This document shows, one piece after another, positions 14,092-24,399 of a stretch of DNA of 64,000 nt. The notes under the pieces were generated by a model, which did not search any database, was not told the DNA's origin, and saw nothing but the letters and a program-made list of their open reading frames with translations. Origin of the DNA: Epiperipatus broadwayi (taxonomy: Eukaryota > Animalia > Onychophora); contig JAQFVV010000003.1 of assembly GCA_028023455.1 (NCBI GenBank), forward strand, positions 1,116,001 to 1,180,000. Direction: 5' to 3'. Made by a program: the position numbers and the translations under genes. Within the stretch, counting starts at the first letter, position 1. Each line of letters begins with the position of its first letter.

Positions 14092-17000
14092 TGAAACAGA
14101 TATTACTGTCCTTCTATCTGTTTCACCTTTATGTCTCCATAGACACATCTATGCCGGTTTTAAACACTCTTTAGTACACGTGTATATGTATCCACTCAGT
14201 GTTATATGCCTTTACACAGCTGTATATATATATATGTTTACACAGTTGTATATATCCACACAGCGATATATTCATTTATACAGTTATATATGTAGTCACA
14301 GTTTTATATGCATTCAAACAATTATATGTTTATTGTCACACATACAAGCACCTGTAAATGATAATGATATTAAATTTTGTATAGATATATTGCAGCATTT
14401 ATATAAATAATATATTGTATAAGGGTTATTTTGTTTAGAAAATGTGGCTAAATATTCTTTAACAAGTTTGGTTTAAGTAAATTATAAATCACATGCGAAA
14501 TTCACAGATTGGTAATAAGATTTTTATTTAGAATAATTCGCAGGTGGGATCAGATAGTCCCTAGGTTATTGACATTGTTTTAGAGCTCATTCATTACGAT
14601 TGTAATGAATTTCTTTTCCCAGATCAAACCAGTAAAAAGTTGGCAACAAGATAAAAAAAGAGAGATTAGAATCAAAAGAGACAGATTGCTGTAAAACTTA
14701 GAAGAAGTTTGAATTGTGCTTTAAAATAGATAGTCACTGGCTTTTGATCTAGGGAATATAGATATCGCAGATTTTTATTTAGAATAATTTGCAGGTGGGA
14801 TCAGATAGTCCCTAGGTTATTGACATTGTTCTAGAGCTCATTCATTACGATTGTAATGAATTTCTTTTCCCAGATCAAACCAGTAAAAGTTTGGGCAACA
14901 AGATAAAAAAAAGATAAGAATCAAAAGAGACCTAAGGCTAAAACTTAGAAGTCTGAATTGTGTTTTAAAATAGATGGTCGCTGGCTTTTGATCTAGGGAA
15001 TATAAATATTGCAGATTTTTTTTGAAAGGACTCTCTTTAGCTTTTTTTTCTGAAAATTGTTGTGGAGACCAGAATCCAAAAATGATCGAGTAAAATAATA
15101 TATTTACTGGCTCTGAAGCCAGATGGCTACTCTCAATTCCTCTAAACATTCCTTTGAATAGACTTTCCAGCAACCTGCATGGAGAATATGAAGAAATTTA
15201 ACCTATCTGAAAGGCCACTGAAGATTATGACGCTGTCAGACGCCCTATTCCAACCACTATCATTGATATACGCTTCAAGTCCACTCAAGGAGGCAGAGAG
15301 AGATGGTAATCATTTTTAAAAAGAAGCTGCGGTATGAACTTTAATCTATAAATTCTTAAAACACTTTAAAAAGAACGTTCTATCTAAATTATAAAAACTC
15401 TTTCAATTTTACCCTCTTATAAAACGAAACTATCAGTCTGTGTAACTTTATCTATAATGTAAAAAAAAAAAAAGCTCACTTACTTTAATTTTATAAACTG
15501 CTGAAATCTTTTATGAATTAAAAGATTTCATATTTTTTTTATACTCATTAAATGTCCGAAATTTATTCTCTTCAATTCTTACAAGCTAACGGTCTTGCCT
15601 AATTTCAGTAATTTTAATATTTTGTTTAAATGCATTTTGTTATGTTTAATATGTGATAATATGCTCAGATTTCGAAACAATGAAACTAAGTAAGTAATTT
15701 ATAAAGGAGATAATTGTAATCTTCACTTAGACATTTTAAAAGCCTTGTTTATTTTATTAAATCATTGTTTTGAAATTATAATATTGGTAATAAACGAATG
15801 CGCTAACCACTCGTTGTTATCATAGTTATATATATATTGTAAAATCGTATTTTTTTTAAGATTTGCTTAACCGATCTTATATTATAACCTTTGATATTTA
15901 TTAGTTGGAAGGGGATATATATATTGTCTAGAGATGATAAAGTATATTTGCTAATGTTTGTATTAAGTCCCATCGAATATACTTTCCCTCCTTAATTAAG
16001 AATATTTATATGCAGATTCAGGATCTTAACTAGATTATTTTTATGTAGTTTAAGCCCATTTTATTAGCATACTTATAATGCTAATTTTAAGAACTGTTTT
16101 GAATTAGCTTGACAGATAAAAGCTATCTGTTTTAGGCGCAATTAATTATATGCATACTTATTGCTTTTTATATATATATTGCGTGCATTGCGGGTGTGTT
16201 TTTTATATAGTACACTTATATGTGTTACGTTTTGCTGCCTCTGACAAGGGTTCACGGTAACAAACCGCCCCTTTATTTAGTTCGGGTTATGGCTATCTTC
16301 ATTAGAACTGGGGGCGTGAGGACCCAGATTTTTCCATAAAGCCAATCCGACTTCCTGAACTTTATGTTCATATATCAATAGCAGCAAACCGTCGGTCTCA
16401 GAGCAAACCGAGCATTTGATGCTGAAACTCTTGAAGAATCACACACTCGCACTGCAAGTTTATTTCTTTAATATTTTATATAGCGCCATAGCGCATATAT
16501 GTGGACCTAATGGTAACCAGTTCTTTTTCCCATATTAATTAATCATTCAGCTTTAGACTGGAGTTTGAATCTGGTTATCAGTTTGAATCTGCATGATTCT
16601 GAGTTTATTTAGTTGCTCAGTTAATTAGTATATATAACAGTCTTTAAAACTGGCTGTACTCATCATCATCTCTACTAAAGTATCAACTTCTAACTTAAGC
16701 AAGTCAAGTTCATAAGATGAGCATATTAAATAATTAGGCATGACCTCTATAACTCACACACACATGTATTGTAATATGTTTAAAAGGGAACAGATGTACT
16801 TGATAACAGTCCCAACTATTGTAACATGCTTGCCTGTATTGAATACCTTGTGAAGATTATACAATCCCTGCCATTATGATATTTTGTGTTAGATCATTTG
16901 TTATTGTTTTAATAAATCTTTTTTAAATATAAACTGTTGTATATCTTTCTTGCTCAGACTCTAGATCAAACCAAACCACAGTATCTTATCCAATCCATAG

Positions 17001-17377
17001 TATTTTATCCAATCCACAGTATATTATTAAATGTCACAGTTCATTACTCCAATTTCTTAATGAGTTTATATGCTATATGTGTATGTCTAGTATTTAAGAT
17101 TAATAGAGTGTCAAGTGTTATATATATCACTTATTTAGTTAGGTTAGTAATGACCTTAAGTCTCGTGTTTCTCCCTGTTCTATGTCGGCTCGCGGTTAAA
17201 TGAGAACTGAGTGTAGCCCCAGGAATGTCACTCATAAGGTGTTAAATTTGGAGTACTGGCAGATGAGTTGGAGTTTGGTCGGATTAGAGGTCTCAACCAC
17301 CTCACTACGGTCAGCTTTGGTATATTTTGCTTGGGCTCTGAATTTTGTTGCATGAGTGTACAAATCTGACTGTTACA
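14092..17377 (+). repeat. 5' LTR (3286 bp)
   Basis: Direct repeat of 24400-27687 with TG...CA termini. By-eye comparison found only a couple of dozen substitutions or small indels. Confidence 0.97.
14518..15012 (+). repeat. ~250-bp tandem duplication inside the LTR (also in the 3' LTR)
   Basis: AGATTTTTATTTAGAATAATT(C/T)GCAGGTGGGATCAG starts at 14518 and again at 14769. Confidence 0.92.
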
Positions 17378-18751
17378 TAGGTTTTTTTTTCCTCGATTAT
17401 GGACGCCCTTCCGTGGGGCCTAGTTAATTTTCACGACCCTGAAAGATAGATATATGAGTACAAATTTTTGTTTTCCTGATTATGTAAAATTTTTTTTTTC
17501 ACTGATTATGGATGCTTAAGTCAGTGGGCTTCTTCAATTGATGTTCATGTCCCTGAACTGAGTATAGGCCCTGAACATGGTCTTGAACCAGGTATAGGCC
17601 CTAAATTGAATATATGTTTTTTTTTTTGAATATGCATTTATATTATATTTTCTCTCCAAATATGAATGCCATGCATGGACAAACTTAGTTACACACCCTA
17701 AACAGAGTGTGTGGGTGTTGATGATATATATATATAAAAGATTTTTTTTTTGTGAAATATTTTTTTTTAACAACATTTGCATATGTATATTTTTTCTCTT
17801 GAGTATGAACAACCAGTTAGTTAATTCACATGCCCTGAACTGATAAAAGCATTGAACTGAATACAGGTCCTGAACTGAATACAGGCTCTGAATTGATATA
17901 TGTTGAAAAATATATGTAAATTTTTTTTTTTTAAATTATGGTATTGCAATGGGAGGAGTATTCTTGACTATATACACATGAGCCATATATATATATATAA
18001 ATTTTATAATTTTTTTTTTTGTCTATTTACTGAGACTCTGTTTACTTTAAGTAAAGAATTTTAAAAGTGTCTCTGGCTCAGATATAGCATGAATGTATGC
18101 AGGATATGTCAACCAGATATTAGGTGTGTCACATACATGTTGGAAATTGGAATCTTAGGTTATATATGTGGTGTTTTTCTTGCTCACTGGTGACTGGCGC
18201 CCGGGGGTGATTTGAATAGGTTGATAGTCATCCTCATATAAATTTTGTCATCAGGGGTAGAGAAAAGGGTTTGCATAAAGGGGCTCTATCGCTTTAAACT
18301 TATTATAAAAATTTGGATTGGTTTGGAGAATGAGCAAGGAAACAAAAAAGAGGCAAGGTCAAAGTAGATTAAATAAATGGAGATATATACGTGTACTTCA
18401 GATCAAACCTGGCATAGAAAGCAAAATTTTTTTTTCATAAAAATTTTTTTTTTTAAAGTCTTTTCTTAGGAATGATCGGCTTCAGTGAAGGAAGAAAGGA
18501 GGTGCAATTGGTAATATAATTTTTTTTTTTAATTTTTTTTTTTTACATAAATGCTTTTACTATATACTTTTAAATTTTTTTTTTATAAAATACTTGAGTA
18601 TGTTAGATGTAAACAGGGCTTAAACTTGATAGTGGCAGTGGTTATTGAGATCAGTAGTAAGGATAGGTTAATAAAGGAATGCAGTGGTCTGAAAGTTAGG
18701 AATTAGAGAGAGAGAGAGAGCCATTTTGGGGGGAGAGTCAGTAAATAACCA

Positions 18752-20830
18752 TTGACAAAAAATATTAATAATTTGTGTTATCGGTTATTGGCGAAGTCAA
18801 AGCTGAACAATTATGGACAGCAGTACAGAGGAGGAAACAATAGGAGGAGCAAGTGGGGAAGAAGAATTGGAAGGAGTCAATGTAGACTTAGACATGGGAA
18901 ATCAGAAAGTCTAATGATCCCAGGGGAACCAAGCGAAATGTTTAGTGTAGCCAAGGCAGAAAAGGAAAGGTACAGGGGGATTACCTTGCGATCTGGAAAA
19001 GAGATGGTTGGAGGTGAAAGTAGCACGGAAGAGGAAGGGGAAGTGAGTGCCAGCCAGTCCGATGAAAGAAGGGGCTTGGAAGAGTCAGCAGTCATGGGAG
19101 AACCCTCTCAAAAGGAAATACTCAAGCTAAAAACTGAGAAAGGCATGGAGGGAAGCCAAAATATGTCACCAACCTACTGGCTACAGATGAAAATGATGAT
19201 GGAGACAGCCCAACAGGAATGGGGTTTTAAAATAAGGGAAGATTTGCAAGCCCATAAAATGGAAATTGGGGAAGGTTTGCAAACCCTAGGCAGAAAAATA
19301 GAGAAAAATAATCAAAATATAGAGAAGTTACAGAAGGAGTTGGGGGGATTGGGGGTAAACTGCCAGCAGGAGCATGAGGAGATACAAAATAAGTTCACGG
19401 TGCTCCTGAACGAACAGAAAGAAGATACGGGTAGAACTATACAGGCACTCAGAGGAAAAATTGAACATATCCAGGATAAGGTTGAGCATCAGCGAACATA
19501 TGTAGAGGGGGTGGTTGGCAAAATTGAAGGGAATGTGGCCAGTAAATGGAAAGAGCAGGATAGGGTGGTACAAAGGCTACAAGAAGAGCGAGGAGAGATC
19601 CAAGATAAGATTTCTGAATTGACGCAGAATGTAGCACAGAACAATGATGTGGCCATACAAGAAAGGAGCAAGATGAGCAATGCTCTCCAGGAGCTGAAGA
19701 AAGAAATTGAAGAGGTGAAGGGTGGGAAACTAGAGATGTCAGAGGCCATACAAAACCCTATTAGGATCGACTTTGAGCTTAAGCCCACAACTGCCATGGG
19801 GGAAATTGACCTAACTGGGCATTTGATCCACCCTAAGGAAACTGTAGGAAATATTTCCAGCATTAAGGAGATGAAAGGTAGTGTGCAGGGTCCCCATGTG
19901 ACCAATAATGAGCAGACTACCATGTTTTGTAAGAGCTATCAGAACTCAGGAGATTTAGGGGGGCCAAGTCTTGGGAGACCACCGGAGGCAACACCAGGGG
20001 TTCAAACATACCTTTCTAAATTTATACAAGTAAAGAGCTTCAAGGGAGAGGCTGGAGAGAACCCGAGGACCCATATTGAAAGCCTGGGTGAGTTGTTCCG
20101 CTTTCAGGCAGTCCCAGTGGCAGACCAAGTAACCCTTGCTATCCACTACCTACAGGGGTATGCCAGATCATGGTGGGACTGTTGTGCGGAACGACCACAC
20201 ACCTTCGAGCAGTACTCAGCTGCTCTATTAAAAACATTCTGGAGTGAGGAATGCCAGGATGGAATTTACCATTCTATCCTTAGGGAGTCATATGGATCAG
20301 TGGTCAAGGAGACTCATACACAGTTTTTCTTGAGGCAGGTGGCCAGACTTCGATCGTTGATGGCATTTCCCTTTACAGATACCCAGATGATCCGGGTCAT
20401 TCAGCAAAACATGCCAATGAGGGTGCAACAGCTCATGATGGGGTGTAGGATACGGGCCATAGAAGAGATGGCAGGGTTCCTGACAACCATCGATTTCACC
20501 CCTGTACCCAAAGAACCACCAGAAAAGATGTGCAAAATAGAATCCCCTAGATGCCAGTCCATGATGATCTCTGGCCAACGACCCCAAAGATTTCATATAC
20601 CAAAACACCAAAATCAAATGAGGGTAAATGGACCATACAGAGATAGGCAGTCAGGAAACTACAAGGGAACCCCGTTAGATTGTTCCTCCGAAAAGCTATT
20701 AAAAAAAAACAACAACATACCAACCCAGTATCCACCATCGTGGAGGTTGAAGATCCAAAACCTGGGGTCCAGATTGGACCATGCCCAACTGTTGGCATTG
20801 AGGTGTGTAAGAAGAGAGTATCTGCATTAG
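18752..20830 (+). CDS. gag: Gypsy Gag; first in-frame ATG at 18914
   Basis: 692-codon open frame with an N-terminal TLRSG motif, a long coiled-coil-like region and capsid signature FKGEAGENPRTHIE...LQGYARSWW. No CCHC knuckle seen. Confidence 0.9.
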   Translation: MTKNINNLCYRLLAKSKLNNYGQQYRGGNNRRSKWGRRIGRSQCRLRHGKSESLMIPGEPSEMFSVAKAEKERYRGITLRSGKEMVGGESSTEEEGEVSASQSDERRGLEESAVMGEPSQKEILKLKTEKGMEGSQNMSPTYWLQMKMMMETAQQEWGFKIREDLQAHKMEIGEGLQTLGRKIEKNNQNIEKLQKELGGLGVNCQQEHEEIQNKFTVLLNEQKEDTGRTIQALRGKIEHIQDKVEHQRTYVEGVVGKIEGNVASKWKEQDRVVQRLQEERGEIQDKISELTQNVAQNNDVAIQERSKMSNALQELKKEIEEVKGGKLEMSEAIQNPIRIDFELKPTTAMGEIDLTGHLIHPKETVGNISSIKEMKGSVQGPHVTNNEQTTMFCKSYQNSGDLGGPSLGRPPEATPGVQTYLSKFIQVKSFKGEAGENPRTHIESLGELFRFQAVPVADQVTLAIHYLQGYARSWWDCCAERPHTFEQYSAALLKTFWSEECQDGIYHSILRESYGSVVKETHTQFFLRQVARLRSLMAFPFTDTQMIRVIQQNMPMRVQQLMMGCRIRAIEEMAGFLTTIDFTPVPKEPPEKMCKIESPRCQSMMISGQRPQRFHIPKHQNQMRVNGPYRDRQSGNYKGTPLDCSSEKLLKKNNNIPTQYPPSWRLKIQNLGSRLDHAQLLALRCVRREYLH

Positions 20831-23800
20831 TGGACACGGGTAGCCAAATGTCCTTGATCTCAAAGAAATGGTGGACTTGGCTGGAGGTTCAAGCACCTAC
20901 GGTCCCAAAGTTGCCCATCAGGGCTTTTCAGTTGACGATGGCCAATGGAAAAAAAACCAAAACAGAAGGGTACCAGGTGTGGTTGGACCTGAAGTGGGGA
21001 CAGACTATGATTGGCCACCCATTTCTAGTGATGGATGGGTTGCTACAGGAGGTGGTAATTGGTGCGGATTTTCTGAGCCGACATAGATGCACAATCAGCT
21101 ATGAGGGTAATATGGTGACCCTGTATCAGGAGAGCATTGGTATTGAAGGCTTGTCCAGCCAGGTTGGGGGCAGAGTACAATATATGAGTTTAGACATAGA
21201 TGACACCTTGATCACAACAAAAATCGCCGAGACCTCTCTTATTCAACCAGAGGAACGAATGGGGCTGAGGATGGTCTTGAAGGATAACCAGAGAGCATTT
21301 TCCAATGCCCCAGGAACAATCCAGGGGTATACTCATAGGATTAGGGTCAAGGAAGAGACATACTTTCAGACCCGGACTTACCCAATCCCATTCCAATATC
21401 AGGCAGCAGTTGATGCTCAAATACAACAAATGGTAGACTGGGGGGTTATTGAAAAAAGTCCATCACCATACAATAACCCATTGGTTGTGGTAAAAAAAAA
21501 GATGGGTCTGTCAGGATCTGCCTGGATGCGAGGCAATTAAACAGGATCACTATCCCTGAGAGGGATGCACCACCACGGATTCAGGAGATTTTTATGCGGT
21601 TGTCCGGGAAGAGTTTTTTTTCCACATTAGACCTCACCTCCAGCTACTGGCAGATGGTGCTAGATCCTCGAGACCGTAAATATACAGCATTTAGGTATGG
21701 TGGTCACACACATGTTTTCAGAAGGGTTCCATTTGGTCTGATCAACAGTGGTGCTGGTCTGATGAGGTGCCTTGACCAGACTCTTTCAGACCATGTAAAA
21801 GGGTATAGTGTGTGTTACATGGATGATGTTGTGATTGCTTCCAGAGATCTGGAGGAGCACCTGTGCCACTTGCGGGGGTTCTTTCAAGAGTGCATACAGA
21901 GGAATGTGACAGTCAACCTAAAAAAAAGTTGTTTTGCTCAGTGGGAAATATCATTTTTGGGGCATGTTGTCAATGGAGAAGGGGTTCGGACACACCCAGA
22001 TAAAATAGAGGCAATTGAGAAATTTCCTACACCGACCACTCGCAAACAGGTGCGGTCGTTTCTGGGGTTGTGCAATTACTACCACCGATTCTACCCGGCC
22101 TTTGCCCAGGATACATCCACCTTAGTGGATTTGATACGGAAAGATGCAAAGTGGGAGTGGACTGAGAGGCAGGAGTGTGAGTTCCGTCAGATAAAGAAAA
22201 CATTCCTTCAGACAGTCATGTTGTACCACCCAGACTTGGCTGCACCTTTTTATCTGCAGACGGACAGCAGCCGCCTTGGCCTGGGAGTAGTGTTATTTCA
22301 AATAAATCGGGCACAACAGCAACGGGTTTTATATTTTAGTAGTCGTGCCTTGAAGGGACCTGAACAAAACTATACCGTCACTGAGAGGGAGGCATTAGCT
22401 ATTGTCTGGGGCTGTGAGAAGTTTAAGCAGTTTCTGATTGGTTCCCAGGTTATTATTGTGACTGATCATCATTGTCTGGAATTCTTAAACAGGAGCTACC
22501 TGACAAATGACCGTCTCATTCGGTGGAGCCTGGCCTTGCAAAGATTTGATTATCAGGTCATTTATTGTCCTGGCCCGGAGAACGTAGTGGCTGATATACT
22601 TAGTAGGCATCCGGTGGCTATTAAACCTGACAACCCCCCATTAGGCGCAGAACCTCAGGGTGTCATCATGAATGTTGTGAGTGACCCTATAGAAACCCAG
22701 TTGAAAAATCTCCCTTACTGGCAAGAAAAGCACCCAGAGTACAAAAAAATAATGGACCGACTGAGAGACCAAGAAACACCTTTAAATAAAAGGGACCAGG
22801 ACATTACAAGAAAGTTCCGAATAAGCAATGGTATCTTGCAGATGAGGAGGATGTGCCCTCAAACAGATGACTCTTGGAAAATATTAGTGCCCCCAGACCT
22901 CAGGTTCCAGTTGGTTCAGTACATACATAAGCTAGTAGGCCATTATGGATTGCGGAAGACCGAGGAGGCAGTCAGATGCCAATTTCATTGGCCAAATGTA
23001 TATGCAGGGGTCCTGAGGGCTATCCAGGGGTGTGAAATTTGTGCTAGGGATAAGCCTCCCAACAGATCATATGTGGGTCCAATCTCACCGATAGTGCCTT
23101 CAGGGCCAAAGGAGCTCCTGGCAATAGACCACTATGGACCATTACCACCTTATAAGAGGTTCCGATATTTACTGGTAACCTATGATGTGTTCTCGAAGTA
23201 TGTCGGGGCATATCCAGTATTGAGAGCAGATACAAGGTGTGCCATTCGGGTTTTGGAGAGAATGCAATTTCCAACTGTGGGAAAGCCAGAAACTATATTG
23301 TCAGACCACGGATCGGCATTCACATCCAGAGAATGGAAGGCCTGGGTGAAGAGGCAAGACATTAAACACGTACTCACATCAATAAGGAACCCCCAGTCAA
23401 ACCCCTGTGAAAGGGTAATGAGGGAGATTGGAAGACTATATCGGACACACATGGGCTCAAACCATAGAGGATGGGTCAACCAAACTGGGGTGATCCTCAG
23501 TCATATAAATAATACTCGGAATGAATCTACCGGGTTTCCTCCATCACGACTCCACTATGGCAAACCCTGCCAACCCATGATTGGGGTGCCACTTCCAGCT
23601 GGAAATTCAATCATAGACCCCGAGAAAGACAGGTCAAGGGCAAAGGCTAACTTGGACCATGTGGCCGACAGGAGGAAGAAAATGAAGGGAGACTGCCATA
23701 TCTTCCATGTGGGAGATCAGGTGTGGGTGCGTACACCACAAGCTAGCAATAAACAGTTAAAGGAATACAAAAAGTTTTTTCCTTTATATAAGGGACCATA

Positions 23801-23918
23801 CATAATCAAGAAAGATTATGGAAACAATGCCTTTTTATTGGAAGACCGGGGGACCATAACAGGGACATATAATGCCCGCAGCCTAAAGCCTTTTTATCAA
23901 ACCCCAGACCCAACTTAG
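20701..23918 (+). CDS. pol: Gypsy Pol (protease, RT, RNase H, integrase), split by a 1-nt frameshift at the A-run 21492-21500
   Basis: LVDTGS protease; LDLTSSYWQ, PFGL and YMDD in RT; TDSS, TERE and TDH in RNase H; HHCC, D-D-E and KGPY in integrase. One extra A would join PLVVVKKK to DGSVRICLDARQLN. Confidence 0.96.
20704..20749 (+). promoter_or_regulatory. Candidate -1 programmed ribosomal frameshift signal (gag-pol)
   Basis: Slippery heptamer A AAA AAC at 20704-20710 in the gag frame, with pol in the -1 frame. Hairpin CAACC-CAGTA-TCCAC-CATC-GTGGA-GGTTG at 20721-20749. Confidence 0.75.
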
Positions 23919-24391
23919 GTAAGATTAGTTTTGATGATTACTCCTAGATTCTACAAGGATGATGCATGATCATTTATAGAATTGTCCCTACCCCAGTAGT
24001 TAGATATATATATTGTGTGTTCTTCTATATAGGTGATATTTATCAAATTAGTTAGCTAATTAGTGTTATATTATTCCAACCCAACAGTATATACATATTA
24101 AAATTTTGTGTGCTCATATATATATGTAATAACCACATGTTTAGCAAATTAGCATAGCCAAATAGCATTAGTATAACCAGTTATAGGTAGACGTGTGTAG
24201 CTTAGACTTTAGTCATAATGGTATTAGTGTACTGTCATCACTTTAAGACCAGACAGCCAGGCAAGGTAAAAAAATTTTGCAAGTAATATTTTGTTTCATC
24301 ATTTGTTTTGTTATGAAATAGTGGTATTATTGAGGGATATTCTTCACCAAGTAAAATCTTTTTTTTTTCATTGATTTTTTTTTTGTAAGTT

Positions 24392-24399
24392 TGGGGAAA
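24392..24399 (+). promoter_or_regulatory. Polypurine tract candidate
   Basis: TGGGGAAA immediately precedes the TG of the 3' LTR; it is short. Confidence 0.6.

Noticed and set aside
15170-15310. Frame TCMENMKKF resembling the PKA-R C-terminal PCMDIMKRN
   Set aside because: Lies inside both LTRs and has a homologue in the old LTR; no GELAL/PRAA context, so chance similarity.
14081-17203. LTR ORFs 14081-14410, 14838-15173 and 16937-17203 (repeated in the 3' LTR)
   Set aside because: Low-complexity products of AT-rich sequence; duplicated only because the LTR is duplicated.
18195-18203. TGGCGCCCG, a tRNA-Lys-like PBS
   Set aside because: Only 9 nt match and it lies ~820 bp from the LTR end; priming there would have extended the LTR.
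18877-23479. Antisense and alternate-frame ORFs over gag-pol
   Set aside because: Shadow ORFs of a GC-richer coding region with no recognisable motifs.
23919-24399. env-like third ORF
   Set aside because: Only 480 bp between pol and the 3' LTR, with no suitable plus-strand ORF.
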